Below the pieces are notes generated by a model, which worked only from the letters and a program-made list of their open reading frames with translations, was not told the origin of the DNA and searched no databases. From NCBI GenBank assembly GCA_016931175.1, contig JAFGFH010000014.1, positions 4,553 through 68,552 of the forward strand: a stretch of DNA of 64,000 nt, in the 5' to 3' direction. The stretch's first letter is position 1; every line of letters begins with the position of its first letter. Positions 8,783 to 17,180 of the stretch are shown one piece after another. The stretch comes from Nanobdellota archaeon (GTDB taxonomy: Archaea > Nanobdellota > Nanobdellia > Tiddalikarchaeales > Tiddalikarchaeaceae). The position numbers were made by a program, and so were the translations under genes.

Positions 8783-9127
8783 TCATAAACCTTCAACGTG
8801 GCTTATTTTCAACTCAGCAAGGTTTTTTTGAAAGGTTTCATCAACCTTCACACCTAACCTGCCAAACTCAGCTTTTAACTTAGAAAACAATTTTCGTCCT
8901 TCAGTGTCATTGTCCATTAATAGTATGACTCTATTATGCAAACTCCCTATCTGCTCAGCAAATGAATATAAAGGCTTGCGTGATAATTGAGTTACTTTTG
9001 TGATTCTAAGCTGTTTGAGCCTGGCAACGTCCTTTGCTCCTTCAACAATAACTAAAGTATCAGCGCGTATAATTTTTTCAATAAACTCTTCCTTTGTTAA
9101 AGGATTTTTGTTGCCCTTTACTAACAC
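8783..9127 (-). CDS. Small Toprim-domain protein (COG1658-like)
   Basis: VIVEGAKD...LLMDNDTEG Toprim acidic motifs in a 114 aa protein immediately upstream of dnaG. Confidence 0.65.
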   Translation of the reverse strand: MLVKGNKNPLTKEEFIEKIIRADTLVIVEGAKDVARLKQLRITKVTQLSRKPLYSFAEQIGSLHNRVILLMDNDTEGRKLFSKLKAEFGRLGVKVDETFQKNLAELKISHVEGL

Positions 9128-9246
9128 AACTCCTCACCGCTTTTGATGAACATCATCTTTGCTCTGATATTGTAACCTTGTAAAGGGCTTACCTTGCCAA
9201 TATGAATATAGCAAGGTTGATATTTAAAAAACTTACCCAAACATTT

Positions 9247-9264
9247 ATTTACCATATGGTAAAT
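9247..9264. promoter_or_regulatory. Perfect 18-bp palindrome ATTTACCATATGGTAAAT in a 305-bp divergent intergenic region
   Basis: Self-complementary by inspection. A 17/18 match (ATTTACCATATAGTAAAT) occurs at 26929-26946 inside the putative origin. Confidence 0.35.
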
Positions 9265-9432
9265 AATTAAGATTATTTACAGTTTGAAAAACCTTGTTTT
9301 TCAATATAGTAAATAAATAAGTGGTTGTTGAACTGCTAGAAGTATAATATAAGGAATTGATATTCTTTAAGTGTTTTTATCATATAGTATCAATATTCAT
9401 ATATTAAATCAATAGATTGTTTAATTTTTAGA

Positions 9433-10035
9433 ATGACGATTATTCGTGAGTCTAATTTTTCAGATTCTTTGAACAATTTTAATGTTCTAGAAGCATTAGA
9501 CGAATTTGTTTACCAAGTGGCTGCAAAACCGGTTGAGTATCACAGAGAGTACTGCCTGGAGTCCTTTGTTGAGAGGGAATTGTTTGATTTAAACCTGCAG
9601 GAAATGTACAGAGATATTAAGATTCATTACATGATTAAAGAATACTTGTATTACAAAAAACTGTTAACAGAAGAAGTTAAGAACAATAAAAAGGGTTATC
9701 TTGATTTCATCTTAAGAATTGATGTTGAAAGTTACGAATCTGTTAAGGATTCGCTTGTTGGAGACTTCCTTGAGGTGAATCTTTTTGAACTTGAGGAGGT
9801 TATGAGCAAAGATTTCGAACCGGGTGATTTAATCAAGCAGGGATGGAAGTGCTTCATCTTTGACAAGGTTTTGTCAATTCTTGAGAAGCAGACTAAGAAT
9901 TCTATCTTAGAGGATGAGGTAGTTAAGTTCGTAGAGGATAATGGTTTGAAGAATGCTGAACCTCAGTCTATAGCTTGGACTTACGCGATTGAATCTTACA
10001 AGATTGAAGAGAAGAGGTGGAAGGTTTCAGGTTAA
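9433..10035 (+). CDS. Hypothetical protein (200 aa)
   Basis: ORF with acidic, protein-like composition. Confidence 0.45.
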   Translation: MTIIRESNFSDSLNNFNVLEALDEFVYQVAAKPVEYHREYCLESFVERELFDLNLQEMYRDIKIHYMIKEYLYYKKLLTEEVKNNKKGYLDFILRIDVESYESVKDSLVGDFLEVNLFELEEVMSKDFEPGDLIKQGWKCFIFDKVLSILEKQTKNSILEDEVVKFVEDNGLKNAEPQSIAWTYAIESYKIEEKRWKVSG

Positions 10036-11502
10036 CTTGTTCATTATCGTGTTTTTTAAGTTGCTTATCTTTACCCTGTCCTGTTTCATGCTGTCCCTGT
10101 CCCTGATTGTTACTGTATCATCTTTTATTGTATCAAAGTCTATCGTAATGCAGTAAGGTGTTCCTATCTCGTCCTGCCTCCTGTATCTTCTTCCAATGCT
10201 TCCAGAGTCGTCATAGAAGCAAGTGAAATCCTTGCTTAATGCTTTGAATAGTTCTCTTGCTTTAGTATCTAATCCTTCCTTATTGACTAAAGGGAAGATT
10301 GCGCACTTGTAAGCTGCCAGTTTAGGATTAATCTTTAAAACCATTCTCTCTTTTTCCTGAACTAAACAATCAAAGATTAGTGTGAGGAATAACCTGTCCA
10401 TTCCAACGCTTGGTTCCGCAGCAACGTATAATAACTCTTTTTTCTTAGTCTCTTCATCAAAGTATTCAAGATTCTGTTTGGAATGCTCCTGGTGCTGTTT
10501 CAAGTCATAAGTGGTTCTGTCAGCTATGCCCTGCAGTTCCTTCCAGCCCATAGGATAATTATATTCTATATCTACGGTTCCGGCACTGTAATGGCTTAGT
10601 TCCTCGCTGACGTGCTGTCTTATTCTTAAATTCTTAGGGTTAATACCTATATTTAGATACCATTTGTAAAAGATTGCCGTCCAGTAAGCGTGCCATTCAG
10701 TGTTGAAGACTTTACGCTTCAAGCACATGTTTACTGTCATCTCTTCAGAATCGTTTACTTTTTGTTTCTGCTTCTCTTCTGAGAGAACGTTAACCTTCAA
10801 ATTTTTAAAATCTTCAAAATAAACGCATTTATTCTTCTCATTACTTTTCACAAAGTATTCTATCTCTGCCTGCTCGAACTCTCTGAGCCTGAACAAGAAG
10901 TTCCTGGGGCTTATCTCGTTCCGGAACGATTTGCCTATCTGTGCTATACCAAAAGGAGGTTTTAGTCTTGTGGAGTCCATTACTGACTTGTAGTCCGCGA
11001 ATATGCTCTGCGCAGTCTCAGGCCTGAGGAATGCAGTCTCTCCCTCCATTGGGCCGACATTAGTTATGAACATCTGGTTAAAGTTTTTTACCTCTCCCAA
11101 GTCTCCTTTGCACTTCGGACATTTTATCTTGTTCTTGATTATTAATTCGCTTAACTGCTCTTTTGTGAGTCCGTCTGTTGGTTTATGCAGACTGTCTTCT
11201 ACTACGTGGTCTGCTCTCCATTTCAACTTGCAATTCCTGCACTCAGTTAAAGGGTCGTGGAAACTTTCAACGTGCCCGCTCGCAACCCACACCTTGGGGT
11301 GCGTGATTATGCTGCCGTCGATTCCAACAACATCCTCCCTGCTTTGAACAAAAGTCTTCCACCATAATTGTTTAATATTATTATAAACCTCAACACCTAC
11401 TGGACCGTAATCGTAAAATCCTGAATAATTCCCGTATATTTCACTGGTTGGGTAAACAAGCCCTCTCCTCTTGCAATAAGCTGCTATTTCATCAATATCC
11501 AT
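10027..11502 (-). CDS. glyS: Glycyl-tRNA synthetase (archaeal/eukaryotic-type class II)
   Basis: N-terminus MDIDEIAAYCKRRGLVYPTSEIYGNYSGFYDYGPVG and FRNEISPR motif 2 are typical of archaeal GlyRS. Confidence 0.9.
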   Translation of the reverse strand: MDIDEIAAYCKRRGLVYPTSEIYGNYSGFYDYGPVGVEVYNNIKQLWWKTFVQSREDVVGIDGSIITHPKVWVASGHVESFHDPLTECRNCKLKWRADHVVEDSLHKPTDGLTKEQLSELIIKNKIKCPKCKGDLGEVKNFNQMFITNVGPMEGETAFLRPETAQSIFADYKSVMDSTRLKPPFGIAQIGKSFRNEISPRNFLFRLREFEQAEIEYFVKSNEKNKCVYFEDFKNLKVNVLSEEKQKQKVNDSEEMTVNMCLKRKVFNTEWHAYWTAIFYKWYLNIGINPKNLRIRQHVSEELSHYSAGTVDIEYNYPMGWKELQGIADRTTYDLKQHQEHSKQNLEYFDEETKKKELLYVAAEPSVGMDRLFLTLIFDCLVQEKERMVLKINPKLAAYKCAIFPLVNKEGLDTKARELFKALSKDFTCFYDDSGSIGRRYRRQDEIGTPYCITIDFDTIKDDTVTIRDRDSMKQDRVKISNLKNTIMNKLT

Positions 11503-11613
11503 TGAAATAATCTAATAAACAATTAGTTTTAAAGCTTAACCCTTCTTATAAAAAACTTTATAAATCCAAAATTTGATTATTTCAAGTATAAGTTCTAGAG
11601 AGTTTGAATACTT

Positions 11614-12240
11614 ATGGATGAACAAGGAAAGAAGGGAACAACAACTGTTGGTATTATTACCAAGGAGGGTATAGTCTTGGCTGCTGATAAGCGCGCAAGT
11701 ATGGGTTACTTAGTGGCTGATAAGAACGCTGAGAAGATTCACTTGATTAATGATAATACTGTTATGACCTTTGCGGGCAGCGTGGCAGACAGCCAGATGC
11801 TGTTAAGGTATTTGAAGAGCCAGTTGGCTTTGTACAAGATTAAGAGGGAAAAAGAGGCTAGTGTTAATTCAATTGCTACGCTCTTATCGCATTACATATT
11901 CAGCAATGCTCACAGCTTCTCGCCTTTCATGATACAATTCATTATAGGCGGTGTTGACGAGTCAGGTTTTCACATGTTCAGTTTGGACATGCTAGGCTCT
12001 AAGATGGAGGCTGACACTTTTACTTCTACAGGTTCAGGAAGCCCAATAGCTTACGGTGTTTTGGAAGATAATTACAAAAAAGACTTAACTATTGAAGAGG
12101 CGTTGAAACTAGCAGTCAGGGCAGTAAATGCTGCAATTAAAAGAGATTTAGCAACAGGAAACGGTATAGACGTTGTTGTTATTGATAAAAAAGGCGCAAC
12201 ACGTGTTGAAAAAAAGAAGATAGAATCATTAATGAGCTAA
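11614..12240 (+). CDS. psmB: Proteasome beta subunit
   Basis: Propeptide then catalytic TTTVGI...; LAADKRAS and GSGS motifs. Confidence 0.9.
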   Translation: MDEQGKKGTTTVGIITKEGIVLAADKRASMGYLVADKNAEKIHLINDNTVMTFAGSVADSQMLLRYLKSQLALYKIKREKEASVNSIATLLSHYIFSNAHSFSPFMIQFIIGGVDESGFHMFSLDMLGSKMEADTFTSTGSGSPIAYGVLEDNYKKDLTIEEALKLAVRAVNAAIKRDLATGNGIDVVVIDKKGATRVEKKKIESLMS

Positions 12241-12254
12241 AAAAAATTATTTTT

Positions 12255-14156
12255 ATGAGTTCTAAAGACATCATAAACCAGATAAAAGAACTGATACCAA
12301 AGGATGCTGAAATAAGCGATTATGCTTTTGAAGGCGCGAACATCGTCCTTTACTCAAAGGATAAAAAATTTGCAATAAACAGCAAGGATTTAACAAGGGA
12401 CGTGGTTAATCAGATAAAGAAAAGAGTCAGCATTAGGCCTGACGAGGTTTTGTTAGAAGACCAAACTTTTTCGGAAAAGTTTATCCGAAGTATTGTTCCT
12501 GAAAACGCTGGTTTAGGAGACATCTGGTTTGATGAGAAGAGGAGTCTTGTAATACTTGAAGCTAAGAGACCAAAGCTCATACTTGCTAATGAGGCAGAGA
12601 TTATTAACAAAATTACTGAAAAGACCTGCTGGGTTCCTGTTGTAAGAAGATGCCCTGCAATTAACAGTGATATTATAAGAAATATCAGGCTGACTTTGTA
12701 CAAGAACAGCAAGTTCAGGAGAAAGTTTCTCAACAGTATTGGTGAAAAGGTTTATTCAAATTGGGAAAGGGATAATAAGTATTGGATTAGAGTAAGCTGT
12801 CTTGGCGGTTTCAGAGAGGTTGGAAGAAGTTGTTTGTTAATTCAAACACCTAATTCTCAAGTCTTGGTTGACTGCGGTATTAACATAGCAAGTGACGAGT
12901 TCGCTTACCCTCACTTGGAAGCGCCTGAGTTTGATCCTAAAAGGCTTGACGCAGTTATAATAAGCCACGCGCACCTTGACCATTGCGGTTTCCTGCCTTA
13001 CTTGTTCAAGTACGGTTATGAAGGCCCGGTTTATTGCAGTGAGCCTACAAGGGACATTATGACGTTAATGCAATTGGATTATATTGATATTGCAGAGAAA
13101 GAGAATAAGAAATTATTATATGACAGCAAGGATGTTAAGGAGATGGTTAATAGAACTGTTTGTCTTAATTTCGGTGAGGTTACTGACATAACTCCTGATT
13201 TCAGGCTGACACTGTTTAATGCTGGGCACATTCTTGGCAGCAGCATGGTTCACTTGAATATTGGAAATGGTTATCATAACTTGTTATACACTGGTGATTA
13301 TAAGTTCTCGCAGACTCAATTACTTGGACCTGCAGTATCGCATTTTCAAAGGGTTGAGACTTTAATAACTGAGAGCACTTACGGCGGGGCTAAGAATATT
13401 CAGCCTTCTAAGGAAGAGAGTGAGAACTTCTTGTCTAAGATTATTGAAGAGACTATAAAGAGGAGAGGGAAGGTTCTCATACCTGTTCTTGGTGTCGGCC
13501 GTGCGCAGGAGGTTATGATTCTTATAGAGAAAATGGTGAGGGAGGGTAAGATTCCTGCGAGTCCTGTTTACGTTGACGGTATGGTCTGGGACATTACTGC
13601 TATTCACACAACTTATCCTGAATATATGAATAAGGATGTTAGGAAACTAATATTCCAGGAAGGGCATAACCCTTTCCTTAATCCTATCTTTAAACAGCCT
13701 GGTTCGCAGAAGGAGAGGATGAAGATAATTGAAGAGGAAGGGCCTTGTGTTATACTAGCAACGAGTGGTATGCTTACTGGGGGTCCAAGCGTTTTCTACC
13801 TGGAGCAGTTAGCTGATAATCATAAGAATAGTTTAGTTTTTGTAAGTTATCAGGGAAAAGGCAGTCTTGGTAGAGTAATACAAAGAGGGGATAAAGAGGT
13901 TATTCTTGGCAGCAGCAACGGCAAGAGGGAAATGCTTCCTATAAAACTTGAAGTTTACACTATTGAAGGTTTGAGCGGTCACAGTGACAGAAACCAGTTA
14001 ATGAATTATATTAACAAGATTGTGCCGAGGCCTAAGAAGATAATAATAGACCACGGCGAGACTAGCAATTGTTTAGATTTAGCAAGCAGTATTTATAAAA
14101 GGTTTAAGATAGAAACTGTTGCGCCGAGAAACTTGGATTCTATAAGATTAGCATAA
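12255..14156 (+). CDS. aCPSF1 (KH + metallo-beta-lactamase + beta-CASP RNase; transcription termination factor)
   Basis: 633 aa. N-terminal KH region. HAHLDHCG metallo-beta-lactamase motif, beta-CASP region, and a C-terminal segment typical of archaeal CPSF1. Confidence 0.9.
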   Translation: MSSKDIINQIKELIPKDAEISDYAFEGANIVLYSKDKKFAINSKDLTRDVVNQIKKRVSIRPDEVLLEDQTFSEKFIRSIVPENAGLGDIWFDEKRSLVILEAKRPKLILANEAEIINKITEKTCWVPVVRRCPAINSDIIRNIRLTLYKNSKFRRKFLNSIGEKVYSNWERDNKYWIRVSCLGGFREVGRSCLLIQTPNSQVLVDCGINIASDEFAYPHLEAPEFDPKRLDAVIISHAHLDHCGFLPYLFKYGYEGPVYCSEPTRDIMTLMQLDYIDIAEKENKKLLYDSKDVKEMVNRTVCLNFGEVTDITPDFRLTLFNAGHILGSSMVHLNIGNGYHNLLYTGDYKFSQTQLLGPAVSHFQRVETLITESTYGGAKNIQPSKEESENFLSKIIEETIKRRGKVLIPVLGVGRAQEVMILIEKMVREGKIPASPVYVDGMVWDITAIHTTYPEYMNKDVRKLIFQEGHNPFLNPIFKQPGSQKERMKIIEEEGPCVILATSGMLTGGPSVFYLEQLADNHKNSLVFVSYQGKGSLGRVIQRGDKEVILGSSNGKREMLPIKLEVYTIEGLSGHSDRNQLMNYINKIVPRPKKIIIDHGETSNCLDLASSIYKRFKIETVAPRNLDSIRLA

Positions 14157-14190
14157 TTTATTAAAAACAAGAATTATATATGAATATAAT

Positions 14191-14667
14191 ATGGGTAAAG
14201 TCGCAAGAAGCCAGTTAAATATTAGTAATTTAAAGGTTGATATGAAAGGGCTTGTAGAAGCTGTTAAATCATCTCTTGAAGCATTGAATTACGACGTTGA
14301 CGACCCTAAGTATAAGTATCATGGGAAACCTGAAGAGATTAACGAGGTGCAGTCTAATGTTGTTGGGGAGAAAAAGGTTGATAATTATACTATGTTCAAG
14401 ATAGAGGTTGAGATTAACATCAGGAGTGCGAAGCCTTTTATTGAAAAAGGCAAGAAGTTAATAACTGGTGAGGGCAAGATTATATTAAGAAGTGATTTAA
14501 TATTCGATTATGATAATAAGTGGAGCAAGGATCCCATACTTCACTTCCTTAAAGGAGTTTATGAAAAATACATTTACAGGCAAACGATTAAAAATTTTGA
14601 AGTTGATGTATCTAATGAAATGTTCGGGGTCAGGGATGAGATTAAGTCCATTGTTAAGATGAGGTGA
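14191..14667 (+). CDS. Hypothetical protein, paralog A of a tandem pair
   Basis: 158 aa. Shares KY-H...IEV..I....LRSDL.FDYDNKW..DPIL.F motifs with the adjacent ORF. Confidence 0.55.
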   Translation: MGKVARSQLNISNLKVDMKGLVEAVKSSLEALNYDVDDPKYKYHGKPEEINEVQSNVVGEKKVDNYTMFKIEVEINIRSAKPFIEKGKKLITGEGKIILRSDLIFDYDNKWSKDPILHFLKGVYEKYIYRQTIKNFEVDVSNEMFGVRDEIKSIVKMR

Positions 14668-14676
14668 GATGAGAAA

Positions 14677-15180
14677 ATGCCGTCAATGTTCATACTGGGA
14701 AAGACAAGTATTGAATTAAATAATGTAATATTTAACTACGCTGATTTTTACAGGTTTATGAAGAAAACTTTGGAGGAGAGGGGTTATTTTATAGAGGAAA
14801 AAAAGTACTCGCATGCCCCAACAGGTGATAAGAGTTATGTTGATTTTTACTGGAAGTGTTTGAAAAACATAGACGATTACAGCAGGTTTATAATAGAGGT
14901 TGACACTAAGTTTTCTAACGTTGAACCCATTACTGTTCTGGTTAACAAGGTTAAACAAACCAAGGATAAAGGGGACGGTTCTATTAAGTTAAGGGCTTCG
15001 CTTTCAACAGATTATGACACTAAATGGGAGGAGAATCCTATAATAAACTTTGTTAAAACTATTTTTGAAAACATCTTTGAAAAATCCAGCGTTAACCAGT
15101 ACAAGAAGGATTTGAAGAATGAATTGTACGAGTTAGAGAATGAGGTAAAGAGTTATTTTAACGTTCAGAGAATGATATGA
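14677..15180 (+). CDS. Hypothetical protein, paralog B of a tandem pair
   Basis: 167 aa. LRASLSTDYDTKWEENPIINF aligns with LRSDLIFDYDNKWSKDPILHF of the upstream ORF. Confidence 0.55.
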   Translation: MPSMFILGKTSIELNNVIFNYADFYRFMKKTLEERGYFIEEKKYSHAPTGDKSYVDFYWKCLKNIDDYSRFIIEVDTKFSNVEPITVLVNKVKQTKDKGDGSIKLRASLSTDYDTKWEENPIINFVKTIFENIFEKSSVNQYKKDLKNELYELENEVKSYFNVQRMI

Positions 15181-15181
15181 A

Positions 15182-17017
15182 ATGAAGAGTTTTTTTGTTA
15201 CAACACCTATTTACTACGTTAATGGGGAGCCGCACCTTGGAACTATTTATACAACAATAGCTGCTGATATAATAGCTAGGTATAAAAGATTCAATAATAA
15301 GAAGGTTTTTTTCCTGACAGGAACTGATGAGCACGGGGAAAAGGTTGAGCAAAGCGCTCAAAAAAAAGGAGTTAGTGTTAAGAAGTACGTTGATGAGATG
15401 AGCTCAGCATTTAAAGAAGCGTTCAAAAAAATGAACATCTCATATGACAGGTTCATAAGAACCACTGATGAAGACCATATTAAAACTGCAACTGCTTTTT
15501 ACAAGCAGGTTTTTAAGAAAGGCGATATTTACAAAGGCGAATACGAGGGATGGTATTGTGTTTCATGCGAGACTTTCTGGACAGAAAAGGAGTTATTGAA
15601 TAATACCTGCCCTGACTGCGGTAAAAAGGTTAAGATATTAAAAGAGGAGACTTTATTCTTTAAGCAGTCAAAGTATCAGAAGAAACTGATTGAATATATT
15701 AACAAACATCCTGATTTTATCCAGCCCAAGATTAGGAGGAATGAGATAATTAGTTTTCTTAAAAAACCGTTGAAGGATTTAAGTATTTCAAGAACAAGTT
15801 TCACTTGGGGAATCCCTGTTCCAGGCGAGAAGAAGCACGTAATATACGTCTGGTTTGATGCTTTGATTAATTACCTGACTGCTTCGGGTTATCCTAAGAA
15901 GGGTTATACTAATATCTGGCCTCCTGATATCCAGTTCATGGGAAAGGAGATAACACGCTTCCATTGCATAACTTGGCCTATAATGCTTATGAGTGCGGGT
16001 TTAGAGCTGCCCAGGAAGGTGTTCGGCCACGGCTGGTGGACTCTTAATGCTAAAAAGATGAGCAAGAGCATTGGGAATGTGATATGCCCTGACAAGTTGT
16101 GCGACAAGTATAATGTTCCTGTTGACTGCGTGAGGTATGTTTTGTTTAAGCAGATGCCTTTCGGAAGCGATGGGGATTTTAATGAGTCAATCTTTGTTGA
16201 AAAGGTTAACAACGAATTGGGAAGCGAGTTAGGCAACTTAGTTTCAAGGAGTCTTGCACTATTTCAAAGGTATAATAATAGTGTTGTCCCAAAAGGAGAG
16301 GTTGATAAAAAATTGCAGGAATCTTATAAGAAAGTGCTGGAATCTTACCATAAATTCATGGAGGATTTGGATTATTATAATGCCCTTAACTCTGCTTTTG
16401 ATTTTGTCCGCGCTGCTAACAAGTACATAGCTGATGAGGAGCCTTGGAAGCTTACCAGGAAAGAGGATAATGACAAGCTTATGAGTGTATTGTTTAATCT
16501 GGCTCAAAGTCTGAACATTATAAGCGCTTTAATATATCCTTTCATGCCCGAGACTAGCGGCAAGATTGACGAGCAGTTAAGTGTTAAAAAAGATTATAAT
16601 AAAGGTTTCAAGAATGTTAAACCCGGAGCTAAGACTGTAAAAAGAGACATATTGTTTCCTAAGATTGAGAAAATAGTTGAGGAGAAACCTGCTCAAGAAC
16701 TTGAGCACGCGAGCTTTGAAGACTTCAAAAAGCTTGACATCAGGACAGGAACAATAATTGAAGTCAGTGAATTAACTGACAAATTGTACCGCATCAAGGT
16801 TAAGGCTGACAAGGAGAGAACCGTCGTGTCAGGCATCAGGAAGTATTATTCCAAGAAGGAATTATTGAATAAGAAAGTAGTCATATTAATTAATTTAGAG
16901 CCTAAGAAGATAATGGGTGTGTTAAGCGAGGGCATGATACTCGCAGCCGAGAAGAACAACAGAGTAGTATTGTTAAGTCCTGACAAGGACATCTACGATG
17001 ATGCTAGAGTATTGTGA
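15182..17017 (+). CDS. metG: Methionyl-tRNA synthetase with C-terminal EMAP/tRNA-binding domain
   Basis: HLGT (HIGH-type) motif, KMSKS, zinc knuckles CVSC...CPDCG, and a C-terminal OB-like tRNA-binding domain. Confidence 0.9.
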   Translation: MKSFFVTTPIYYVNGEPHLGTIYTTIAADIIARYKRFNNKKVFFLTGTDEHGEKVEQSAQKKGVSVKKYVDEMSSAFKEAFKKMNISYDRFIRTTDEDHIKTATAFYKQVFKKGDIYKGEYEGWYCVSCETFWTEKELLNNTCPDCGKKVKILKEETLFFKQSKYQKKLIEYINKHPDFIQPKIRRNEIISFLKKPLKDLSISRTSFTWGIPVPGEKKHVIYVWFDALINYLTASGYPKKGYTNIWPPDIQFMGKEITRFHCITWPIMLMSAGLELPRKVFGHGWWTLNAKKMSKSIGNVICPDKLCDKYNVPVDCVRYVLFKQMPFGSDGDFNESIFVEKVNNELGSELGNLVSRSLALFQRYNNSVVPKGEVDKKLQESYKKVLESYHKFMEDLDYYNALNSAFDFVRAANKYIADEEPWKLTRKEDNDKLMSVLFNLAQSLNIISALIYPFMPETSGKIDEQLSVKKDYNKGFKNVKPGAKTVKRDILFPKIEKIVEEKPAQELEHASFEDFKKLDIRTGTIIEVSELTDKLYRIKVKADKERTVVSGIRKYYSKKELLNKKVVILINLEPKKIMGVLSEGMILAAEKNNRVVLLSPDKDIYDDARVL

Positions 17018-17050
17018 AATAAAATATTTTCTTAAAAAGTAGTGATTAGT

Positions 17051-17124
17051 TGGGCCAGACCGGATTTGAACCGGCGACCACCACGTTATCAGCGTGGCGC
17101 CCCACCAGACTAGGCCACTGGCCC
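17051..17124 (-). tRNA. tRNA-Ile (anticodon GAT)
   Basis: Minus strand GGGCCAG/CTGGCCC acceptor, anticodon stem CCACG/CGTGG with loop CTGATAA, T-loop TTCAAAT, discriminator A. Flanked by a 9-bp inverted repeat GTGATTAGT (17042-17050) / ACTAATCAC (17127-17135). Confidence 0.85.
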
Positions 17125-17180
17125 GCACTAATCACGATAAGTAAATTAATAGAACTATTTTCATTTTAAAAAGTTTTTAT

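Noticed and set aside
9121-9432. Second replication origin at the 305-bp dnaG/Toprim divergent intergenic region
   Set aside because: The region shares the 18-bp palindrome with the oriC DUE but contains no TTCCAC/GTGGAA ORB-like cores. It is more likely a regulatory site. Kept as a finding, not as an origin.
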